From Fimbriosthenelais zetlandica (lineage: Eukaryota): a stretch of 64,000 nt of DNA. Positions 1 to 8,011 of the stretch are shown piece after piece (the stretch's first letter is position 1; the number at the start of each line of letters is the position of its first letter). The translations under genes and the position numbers were made by a program. The DNA is taken from contig OZ365110.1 in assembly GCA_977030845.1 (NCBI GenBank), positions 35,216,001-35,280,000 of the forward strand. The letters run 5' to 3'. The notes beneath the pieces are model-generated. The model saw only the letters and a program-made list of their open reading frames with translations, had not been told where the DNA came from and ran no database searches.

Positions 1-112
1 GTTCTTGCCATATTGTTCATTCGACCTTTTCATCAAGCCTCCCCAGGGAGCTGGAAGCATGAACTTGTAATCAGCTCTTTTTTTGTGACCCCATTGTCCG
101 GGTATGGAATAG
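1..112 (-). CDS. AKH/GnRH-like precursor gene D, coding exon 2 (runs off the window edge): (S)YSIPGQWGHKKRADYKFMLPAPWGGLMKRSNEQYGKN...
   Basis: Minus-strand acceptor ctattccatttcAG at 114-113, then an open frame to base 1. Spliced in phase 2 to exon 769-848 it gives QFSYSIPGQWGH-KKR-ADYKFMLPAPWGGLM-KR, collinear with the two-peptide layout of genes A and C. Confidence 0.88.
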
Positions 113-768
113 CTGAAATGGAATAGCGATCCTGTCAAACTATAACAAAGAACTGGCCAGCTATACTGGCCTCGCTCACTTTTTACTCCATAACAACTGC
201 ACTGCGAAGGCCGCAGTCCAGTCTGAATGTGATAAAACTCCTTATGACCTCCGAGTTGATAGGATAAAATGCGTTAGAAGGTATGTAATTCCGTGATAAA
301 AAATATCGTGAGGAGCCTCTACTGCTTTGGTGGTCAAGCCTCAAGACTCTTGGCACAGGTAGGCTGAGCCACGAATTTGGAAGGAAGTCATTGAAGCACG
401 ACTGATTTTAATTGGGGTGATTGGATGTCGAGGCAATCATAGTGGATTAGACTCGGACTTGAGTGTTTCCCTACTATTCTTAGAGCGGAAGGTGGATAGT
501 GTCGTGTATAAACGGGGTCAACACACTTGAGCTTTTCTTTTAGTTGTTTTGGGAAAACAACTGAGAAAAGCTCTCATGTGTTAACCCATAATTGACCTAG
601 CATAATATATTGTATGTCTGAAGAATTTGAGCTTCATTCGAAATAAAATAATAATGAGAAAATAATGTACAAATTGCTATATTCATGGGATAATATTTGT
701 AATTTTAACATTATAACAGAAAGAAATGGCTAATATTGAAGTCAAAGGAAAATGAAATTAAATCCCAC

Positions 769-848
769 CTGAATTGTGCGTCGGTACCTTGTAACTTGTA
801 AGCTAGGGCAATGCAGAGCACTAAAAGAACCAAAGTTGAGTTTTCCAT
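769..848 (-). CDS. AKH/GnRH-like precursor gene D, coding exon 1: signal peptide plus first residues of peptide 1 (MENSTLVLLVLCIALAYKLQGTDA|QF-)
   Basis: ATG at 848-846, hydrophobic signal-like stretch ending T-D-A before Gln. Donor AG|GTGGGA at 769/768. Upstream acceptor ttttattatttAG at 872-871. Confidence 0.85.
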
Positions 849-1019
849 TCCTTCAGCGAAACTAATGCGCCTAAATAATAAAATAGCATGTACATAATAA
901 CAAGGATACGGATGCATGTAAATACTATAATGAGTTATTAAGCCTATGCATCCCTATTTATAATTAAAACGGTATTAACCATGTAATGAATACAGAGATC
1001 TCGTTGGATTAACACTTAC

Positions 1020-1104
1020 CTAATAAACTTTGGGCACTGGATCTATATACTCACAACCTTACTTTTCATATGAACGCCCAACAAGCTGTTCGTCTTTTTA
1101 AATA
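1020..1104 (-). promoter_or_regulatory. Candidate core promoter and non-coding first exon of gene D
   Basis: TATTTAAAAA at 1104-1095 (minus) and donor G|GTAAGT at 1020/1019. Alternative donors lie at about 1034 and 1043, so the exon end is uncertain. Confidence 0.4.
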
Positions 1105-2727
1105 CCATCGAGAAGGGAACCTTTTCATAACAAAAGACATGAAGGAGAGATATACATGACTTCCCAGTGTGCATCATATAATTTTTGTGAAAAAGCCCCT
1201 CTGTATATTGTCATATTCATTCACCACCTACGCATGGGTCTTACGTCGGTGTTCTGATAAAAAATGTATGATGTCATCTCTTGTCCTCTTGAAGTCTCAG
1301 GCACCTTGATTGAAGGCGAACATGGGTCAGCCGTCTTGTAGGACCAAAAGGGGTTTAAGGAAACAGCTTGGCACACTGCTTGCTGTCCGTGGTTTGACTT
1401 CTTTTGACACTTAAAAACCCAAAGCGGCTGTAGTATTATCCCCTCATTTAATAACCATGGCCATAAGCATTGTTATACTAGGAGGGAGAAAAGTAGATTT
1501 TTTAACATAGGAATTGCCCGTGTAAAGACTAAATGTTCGAAATCCGAGTGGAATCTGCAAAAGAAATTTGTTTCATATTTTATCTTTGCCTCTGTATTTT
1601 TAACCCCTTCTTTTTTATATAGCTAGAAGTGTATTTCGATATGTGGAAATGGATATTAGAATATTCATATATTGGAGCAATTGCCTCTTTAGAGAATGAC
1701 AGATTGTGGTATTCATTTGCTTCATACCAAGAAACACCTGCATGCTGGGTGCTTTTACTATGGGCAATGCTAAGTGGGATCCAGTATAGGAAATGTATGA
1801 AATGATTCTACCTTACAAGTGCAGCAGGGGTGAAGCATCTGCAAGACAATTTGTTTTTCATCCACGTGATGAATTATGTAAAATGTGAGATTGGTACAAT
1901 AGTGGTATTTATAAGATTGATTGCTCATGTGTCAGTCATATCACATGTCTAATTATTATTCAGTGGAAGAATTGTACAAGTCTACATGTATTTCGTTCAA
2001 ATGAGACTGACACACTGTTAAACCAGAGTGGTGTCCCCTTACTATTTCTAAAGAAGATAGTGAAAAGAATGGTATTATCAAAAGTCAGTTATTTAGCTTT
2101 GTAAGGGTAAGAAATACTATATATATAGGAATAGTGTCATTTTAAGGTGTTCTATAATTACATGTAACAAGGTCTCTCTTAGGCCTATAAATCAGGAAAT
2201 ACAATCAACATATAGTATACATTATGTATAATTATCAGGATAGGAATAATCGGTTGGCAATAATCTTGTTTCACAGGCATCATTTATTTACTGCAGCTTT
2301 GGTAGTTGAAAATTGAAGAACCATTGAGTGTCCCCGTTTTAGCTAAAGCAGAATATCTGATGGAGTTCCCTGTGCTTCTTTCAAAGAGACCCAGGACTTT
2401 GAAACCGCTCTGACCAAGGGAAAATACCTCCATCCCTTTTAGGAAGGGAAGTGATCCCCTTTAATTATTCCTTACCACACTCGGTATATACATATCAGTA
2501 ATCGGGCACAAGATACGTATGCCATTGTACATTGGGCGCTCATGGCCTTCCGTAAAGGCCTCACTGATGGATTAGTAAGGATAAAAACGGACCGGAGACA
2601 TCATATGGAGGGGGACGTTTCCGTTCGCTGAGATCGGCCAGTTTTGTGAGTGATCATCATCTATAGAGCCTTGTGTAGAGGGGCATATTGAATGGCCCAG
2701 CGTCTCACAAAGTATCTTACCCTCATG

Positions 2728-2801
2728 TATATAAGGTATAGAACCCCAGCATCAGAGGCATCAGTGTCGAGGCTCAGCTGTTACCCACTACATCATAGAA
2801 G
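2728..2801 (+). promoter_or_regulatory. Candidate core promoter and non-coding first exon of gene A
   Basis: TATATAAG at 2728-2735, initiator-like TCAGT at 2761-2765, donor AAG|GTTAGT after 2801, and matching acceptor ttacttacAG at 3596-3597 upstream of the ATG. Confidence 0.55.
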
Positions 2802-3087
2802 GTTAGTCAGTCATTCTTTCTAAGATATTTCTAGTATTGAAATGGCATGAATTCCATGAATGCATAGTTTCGTTTTTTACAATCGTTTTTTTAAACTGCA
2901 TGGTGCATATATATATATATTACTAATACACATGAGGGGATTTGCACGATATATTTAGGATATTAAGCATGCTTTTGCTATAGAGTATAGCCCCTGGTAG
3001 TAATGAACAAACAAAATTAGAAATAAACTACATGTATATTTGACATATAAAGATCTATGTATCTTTTTACTGCACCAGATGGTCCAG

Positions 3088-3132
3088 TGGCCGTTTCAGC
3101 ACAACAATTTCCCATAGATTTAACATTGCTAA
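3088..3132. mobile_element. Partial copy of MITE family 1, interrupted by a family-2 end
   Basis: cag-TGGCCGTTTCAG...tttcccatagatttaacattgctaa matches the family-1 sequence, then breaks at TAA into AGCCTGG. Confidence 0.5.
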
Positions 3133-3175
3133 AGCCTGGGGAACATAGAGGCGATTCTCCAAACGATAGCGATAC
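3133..3175. mobile_element. Degenerate end of MITE family 2
   Basis: taa-AGCCTGGggaacatagaggcgattctccaaacg resembles taa-AGCCTGGaatacacccatccgattctccaatccg at 61576. Confidence 0.35.
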
Positions 3176-3632
3176 TCTATTTCTAATCACACCCAATGTA
3201 ATTTTGTCAGTGGTTAGTTAACCTTAGCTAGGTGTAAAGACTGTTAACATTACAAGCATTAGGTGTAACTGGAAATAGTATTACAATGATCGTTTGGAGA
3301 ATGTGCCCCAGGCTTAATCAGTTAATGCACAACTCACCATATGCAATCGTCAGCATTTTGGATATGACAAAAATATATATAATGTGTTTATAGAAATCAT
3401 CATGTCTATATAATTATCCATTAATTAACCGAAATAGAACTTAATTCTTGCCAAAACCTTATCAGATTCACAGCGCGGCTGTGTGGGATTCGGTATACAT
3501 GTATATTAAATAAGACTACGCTCAAATATCATGCTAGAGCAATATTACATTGGTTGCAAAAACTTTTCTTATGGAGGAATTGCCTTATTACTTACAGTGT
3601 GAAGGAGTCTAAATCTCCCTTTCTATTGCATC

Positions 3633-3854
3633 ATGAACAAGCTCTTCGTTTTCCTGCTTTTGGCCGCACTAATGGTCATCCACTGTAGCGCCAACCAATT
3701 CAGCTTCTCTCTACCCGGTAGCTGGGGTCAAACAGGCAAAAGGTCATTCAGCTTCGCCCTTCCTGGCAAGTGGGGAAATGTGAAGAGAGGAGGAAAGTTT
3801 GACTGCAGCGATCTCAATGAAGAAACGGTTCTGGCAATTTACAAATCTATCCAT
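3633..3854 (+). CDS. Akh: AKH/GnRH-like precursor gene A, coding exon 1: signal peptide, (N)QFSFSLPGSWGQT-GKR, SFSFALPGKWGNV-KR, start of Cys-containing associated peptide
   Basis: Signal peptide, Gln-initiated FSFSLPGxWG peptide with a GKR amidation/cleavage site, a second copy ending in KR, and donor CAT|GTAAGT after 3854 (74 codons, phase 0). Confidence 0.92.
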
Positions 3855-4117
3855 GTAAGTAGAATGAACTGTGCTGAAATATTGCGGCACTGTAAGACCA
3901 ATTCCCTGTGAAAGTAAACATAAATACTGTATTGCCAGAATATTTTAACATTACAAACATTGCAGGTTCTTATAGTGAACCAAAATTTTGTATCTTTTTA
4001 TTTTGCAGTGTGCTTATCTCCTATAATAAATTCGAATGTATACATGAGTTTATGTACACGTTGCTAAATCAAATATTAAATAAAGTATTATACTAAACTC
4101 CATTATTCTCGTTCCAG

Positions 4118-4189
4118 GAGGAAACAGCTCGTCTCAACTTCTGCTTCAATGAGGCAATGAAACTGGGGGAATCTACCAGCAAGCAATAA
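4118..4189 (+). CDS. Akh: Gene A coding exon 2: EETARLNFCFNEAMKLGESTSKQ*
   Basis: Acceptor ttctcgttccAG at 4116-4117. Phase-0 frame contains the ExxRLxxC motif typical of AKH/GnRH-associated peptides. Stop TAA at 4187-4189. Confidence 0.9.
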   Translation, partial: EETARLNFCFNEAMKLGESTSKQ

Positions 4190-4411
4190 CTACAACAAAG
4201 GCCATTACTTATACTGACAAAAATGCACAAATGTAAATCTGTTCATCTCGTTAATTTTGTAAACAGAAACTGAATGTTGCGAAACTCGAACGATAGAACG
4301 ATAGAATGAAGGCACAGGACGCAAGATTGGCGTCCAGACTGAACGTCTCTCCCCTTTGATTCTGTTCTAATGCAATCGATCTATCGTATATTTTATTTGT
4401 CAATATTATGA

Positions 4412-4417
4412 AATAAA
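4412..4417 (+). terminator. Candidate polyadenylation signal of gene A
   Basis: AATAAA about 220 nt after the stop; a second one lies near 4517. Motif match only. Confidence 0.35.
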
Positions 4418-4833
4418 TAGAAAACTGCGTTTGCATGTCTCCACTGTCATAACATTTATTTACTTTCAACTATTAACCCCATATATAATGCTGAATATGT
4501 AACGATAAAAGGATGCCAATAAAATTACTATGTATATATACTGGATCTTATATGACCTTTTACCTTCAGTCACACCACTGAGTATAATCGCTTGACCATT
4601 AGCCCAAATGAATGTTTTCCTGTAATAGAAAGTAATAAGCTAGCCTTGATAGGTGGAGACCCATCAGCAGAATGGGAACGTTCCTTCCCTTGTCCTTTCT
4701 GCACCCGCTGACATCCGTTCAAAACCCTAGCCTTTCTTTGCTACTATACATGGCATAAGTGTCTCTTTCCGGCTTAAATCATTGATGCAAATGACCATTT
4801 AGAGGCACATTCTAATTTCTTTGTTGAGGTCTC

Positions 4834-4908
4834 TATAAAAGGAGACTTGTGCTTGAGTTTAGAATCAATGAAGTGAGAGGTATATAACCAAGAACAAGCA
4901 AGTACAAG
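4834..4908 (+). promoter_or_regulatory. Candidate core promoter and non-coding first exon of gene B
   Basis: TATAAAAG at 4834-4841 and a weak donor AAG|GTATAC after 4908. The acceptor before ATG 5219 is not resolved. Confidence 0.4.
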
Positions 4909-5218
4909 GTATACATAGGCCTACATAAAATTTACATTCAAGGATTTTCTTCATTGGATTTCAATATCTAATTTCCTTAGGAGAATATAGGGTATAATAT
5001 ACATAATTGTCCCCTTTGTGAAGTACCCAGAAGCATGTTTCTGCATTAACAGCATTAAGTGCATTATGCACGAAACATCCTTATGCATACTATACATTAA
5101 GATCTACATGAAGGGTGTAAAAGTGATTTACAGTGGATTTGCCCCTATCACATCCAAATAATGTAATAAAATTTGCTTTTCTGGTAAGGACAGGATATAA
5201 AACAACACAATAATCGCC

Positions 5219-5404
5219 ATGAAGAATATATTCCTCTTCTTAGCAGTTATTGCCTTAGGGTTGACAACTTATGGACATCGCATCAAGTTTAAAAAGGATA
5301 GGTCCATTCTACCAGATACAGGGAAAAGTTATGAGAAAAAGTCTCATGGTCAGTGCTCAGATATTGACAGGAAAATAGTTATAGACCTTTATCTGACACT
5401 TCAG
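5219..5404 (+). CDS. Divergent AKH/GnRH-like precursor paralogue B, coding exon 1: MKNIFLFLAVIALGLTTYG|HRIKFKKDRSILPDTGKSYEKKSHGQCSDIDRKIVIDLYLTLQ
   Basis: Signal peptide. CSDID...LYLTLQ aligns with CSDLN...IYKSIH (A) and CNDLD...IYKTIQ (C). Donor CAG|GTGAGT after 5404, phase 0, at the same position as in A and C. Confidence 0.85.
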
Positions 5405-5619
5405 GTGAGTAAATTAATAAGTTGAATAATGATTAAATTGATTTGATTGGCTACATTATTTGATATACAATCGTATAATGTTTATGTATATGGATTAAGT
5501 ACAATTTCTGAAATAATGATATTACAGTGCATTATTATTGAGAATTAACCCTGAGTTGGGACAGCAGAACAAAAAGTTCACTTTTATCTATCAATTATGA
5601 TTTGTTTTGCACATCACAG

Positions 5620-5694
5620 CAAGAAGCCTGGAGGATTCAAAATTGCATGATGGATGTAACTAACTACGTGCACGAGGAAGCAGGACGTGCTTAG
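5620..5694 (+). CDS. Gene B coding exon 2: QEAWRIQNCMMDVTNYVHEEAGRA*
   Basis: Acceptor ttttgcacatcacAG at 5618-5619. QEAWRIQNC aligns with QEAVRIVSC (C) and EETARLNFC (A). Stop TAG at 5692-5694. Confidence 0.85.
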   Translation, partial: QEAWRIQNCMMDVTNYVHEEAGRA

Positions 5695-5770
5695 CATCAA
5701 ACTAAACATGGATGTATACGACTGTCAACAGAACGCGAAGAGCATACTTATTCTTACGATAAAAGAGACA

Positions 5771-5776
5771 AATAAA
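5771..5776 (+). terminator. Candidate polyadenylation signal of gene B
   Basis: AATAAA about 77 nt after the stop. Motif match only. Confidence 0.35.
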
Positions 5777-6694
5777 GGGTGTAACACTTTACAACTGAAT
5801 TATTATTAATATTTGCATTTAGTTTGAGCAGAAAAAATATTTTTACGGGAAAGTAACGTGGGTGGGTAGTGCCTATATACAATCTGTCCAAACAAGTTGA
5901 TCCGAAACTACCATACATATACATGTACATGTATTTGTACTGTGTAAGTTTGGACAGACTGTGTCGAGTTCCCTAAACATTCTTCCTCGGAATAACAAAT
6001 TGATAATAAACTCAGAATTAGACCTACCTATCTTGAGTTACAACAAATTTTAATGCTAATTAAAATTGGCACAGAAACATAAGGGCTGTTTAAATACGCA
6101 ATCAGCATCTGAATATTTCAGTGACTCTTCCTCTGCTTGGAGGCAGTTTCCAATCTGCGTTTTTATATTATATAAGATTGAAAAGTCCTATACAATCCTT
6201 TATGATGTCTATTACAACAGTTCCCCAGTAAACACCCTCTCTTGAGTGACATATGCCTCAAATGAAACATCCGCTCGTAAAGCTCACTCTTTTCGATGGC
6301 CCAGCCAGTCTCTGGCTAGGCAGGTGGATATTTCTTTGCGCATATCCGAGAAACAAACAACAAGAAAAATGGCTGACGTCCGCAAACGCTCTATAGCAAC
6401 GTCCAGTATGGTTTTGTCCGGCGGTCAACCACCTCTATGGGGCTCAGCGACCCACGTTCCTTTCTATTGTTGCGAAATCGCGAGCGGCATTTTCAGCAGA
6501 AAGGCTCAGGGAAAGACCGGACATAGAGGAAGGGAAGTTTAGGACTTTCCGGATGCTGAAGTCCTCTATTGTACCATATTGTCCACTAAGCTTCAAGTGA
6601 GGATAGGAAGTGTGGGAGCTCTGTGTTGTCATGTCACATGACGTAGGGTGTGTGACGTGTTGGACGTATGATAAGGTTGAGTTAGAGAGTGGGG

Positions 6695-6770
6695 TATATA
6701 AGAAGACCTTTCCGTTGGTCAGCTCTAAGTACAGATAAGGACAGAGAGAGAGAGGATCATCGTCAAACTG
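6695..6770 (+). promoter_or_regulatory. Candidate core promoter and non-coding first exon of gene C
   Basis: TATATAAG at 6695-6702 preceded by TGACG half-CRE motifs (about 6638-6670). Strong donor CTG|GTAAGT after 6770. Acceptor tattcctttcAG(cAG) at 7441-7445. Confidence 0.6.
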
Positions 6771-6875
6771 GTAAGTACCTTCTCTATTATTTTTTATTCA
6801 CCCTATCACTATAAGATCCACATAGGACGCATGTATACATGTAGTAGTTTTTCGCTTCATGCGGAATTGCTCCCG

Positions 6876-6942
6876 GAGCCTGTTTCAAAACAAATTTTAG
6901 CCATAGAATTAGCATTAATAATATTACCTTTGAAACAGGCCC
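6876..6942. mobile_element. MITE family 1 copy (67 bp)
   Basis: Terminal inverted repeats GAGCCTGTTTCA and TGAAACAGGCCC; interior similar to other copies. Confidence 0.65.
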
Positions 6943-6947
6943 ACCAG

Positions 6948-6995
6948 GAGCCTGTTTCAGAACAGTCATTAGCAATGCTAAGTCTATGGGAAATC
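6948..6995. mobile_element. MITE family 1, truncated copy
   Basis: cag-GAGCCTGTTTCAGaacagtcattagcaatgctaagtctatggg is nearly identical to the 10696 copy; the right TIR is missing. Confidence 0.6.
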
Positions 6996-7054
6996 AGGCG
7001 TGATGTGAAATCAAATAAGTTTCACGGCCAAATGGTGAATGGCTTACATTTCAG

Positions 7055-7372
7055 GGGCTTGTTTCAGCGGAAAAGAAATCCTATTTACTTAGCATTGCTA
7101 ATGGTTGTATAATAGTTTAAGGGTTCGACTTACTTCGTGGGTAATCTGTGAGAGGGAGTCGAGAGAATGGTACACACAGTCCAGTTCGTCCTTTGGAATC
7201 CTTGAGGGGAGCTGGGAGGGGTGTGTACATGCAAGTTTACATTCGAACGTCGACTGGTGACCTATTGTCAAACATAGGCTCATCAGGGAATCTCCCGGTC
7301 GGCCTGGGTTCCAATGACGTCACAGGGGAACCCCAGGTCAGCCGCCTATCACAGTTGTTCTGAAACAGGTCC
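7055..7372. mobile_element. MITE family 1 copy split by a 245-bp insertion
   Basis: CAG-GGGCTTGTTTCA...gttgt [7109-7353] gttgt-tc-TGAAACAGGTCC-CTG. Removing the insert and one GTTGT restores a 68-bp element. Confidence 0.65.
7109..7353. mobile_element. Unclassified 245-bp insertion flanked by a GTTGT direct repeat
   Basis: GTTGT at 7104-7108 and 7354-7358 flank GC-richer sequence that interrupts an otherwise intact MITE. Confidence 0.5.
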
Positions 7373-7467
7373 CTGGTATACGTAGGGTTCTTTGCCGTGT
7401 TTTCAAATAATGATTAAAAGTATTTCGGGTTATTCCTTTCAGCAGAGGGTTACAAGATCGAAACAAA

Positions 7468-7683
7468 ATGAATAAGGCCCTTATTATCTTGGTGGCTGCC
7501 GCCGTGCTTGCATTCCAATGCTCTCAGGCTCAGTTCTCCTTCTCCTTGCCTGGAAACTGGGGTAATGGTAAACGCGCCTTTAACTTCGCTCTGCCTGGCA
7601 GATGGGGAAATGTGAAGAGGAACAGTGTCAAGTGTAATGACCTAGACCGGGATACAGTAATGAACATCTATAAAACTATTCAG
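7468..7683 (+). CDS. Akh: AKH/GnRH-like precursor gene C, coding exon 1: signal peptide, QFSFSLPGNWGN-GKR, AFNFALPGRWGNV-KR, start of associated peptide
   Basis: Signal peptide ending S-Q-A directly before Gln, GKR site, second copy ending in KR, and donor CAG|GTATGT after 7683 (72 codons, phase 0). From memory, the predicted pQFSFSLPGNWGN-amide differs by one residue from the annelid pQFSFSLPGKWGN-amide (not database-checked). Confidence 0.93.
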
Positions 7684-7939
7684 GTATGTGTCTCCATAAT
7701 TATGTCCAGCCTATTTGACAAAAAAGAAATTCACAAATTATAATTTTCAGTTGCCTGTTTCAAAACCATAGGCTAAAGCTTTGTTATGAAACAACCCCCA
7801 GCCTATCATATCTTACTATATATACGATAAGTGCAAGGGATAGCCATTACTTAATAGGTCTAGGCCTACTTGACTCCATAAGGGAGAGTCCGCGACAAAA
7901 TATCATAACTAACATCATACATGGTCATCGATTTTTCAG

Positions 7940-8011
7940 CAAGAGGCAGTCCGGATTGTAAGCTGTTTCGGTGAGGCAGAATCGCAAGATGTGGAAAAGG
8001 ACAAACATTGA
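7940..8011 (+). CDS. Akh: Gene C coding exon 2: QEAVRIVSCFGEAESQDVEKDKH*
   Basis: Acceptor atttttcAG at 7938-7939. Gives the same C-x24-C spacing as A and B. Stop TGA at 8009-8011. Confidence 0.9.
   Translation, partial: QEAVRIVSCFGEAESQDVEKDKH

Noticed and set aside
711-917. ORF-track 68-aa protein ending QFRWDLISFSFDFNISHFFLL
   Set aside because: It reads through a strong donor at 769/768 and starts upstream of the acceptor at 871. The spliced model (ATG 848, joined to exon 112-1) gives a coherent neuropeptide precursor instead.
3696-7566. Calling the peptides corazonin
   Set aside because: They lack the corazonin-type FQYSxGWxN/FSxGW pattern and match the extended AKH/GnRH-like type (F4-S5...PG-x-W-G). 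Final assignment needs receptor data.
3855-7743. C-terminal tails of the ORF-track proteins 3633-3911, 5219-5425 and 7468-7743
   Set aside because: These are read-through into introns after GTAAGT, GTGAGT and GTATGT donors. The true second exons restore the shared C-x24-C motif.
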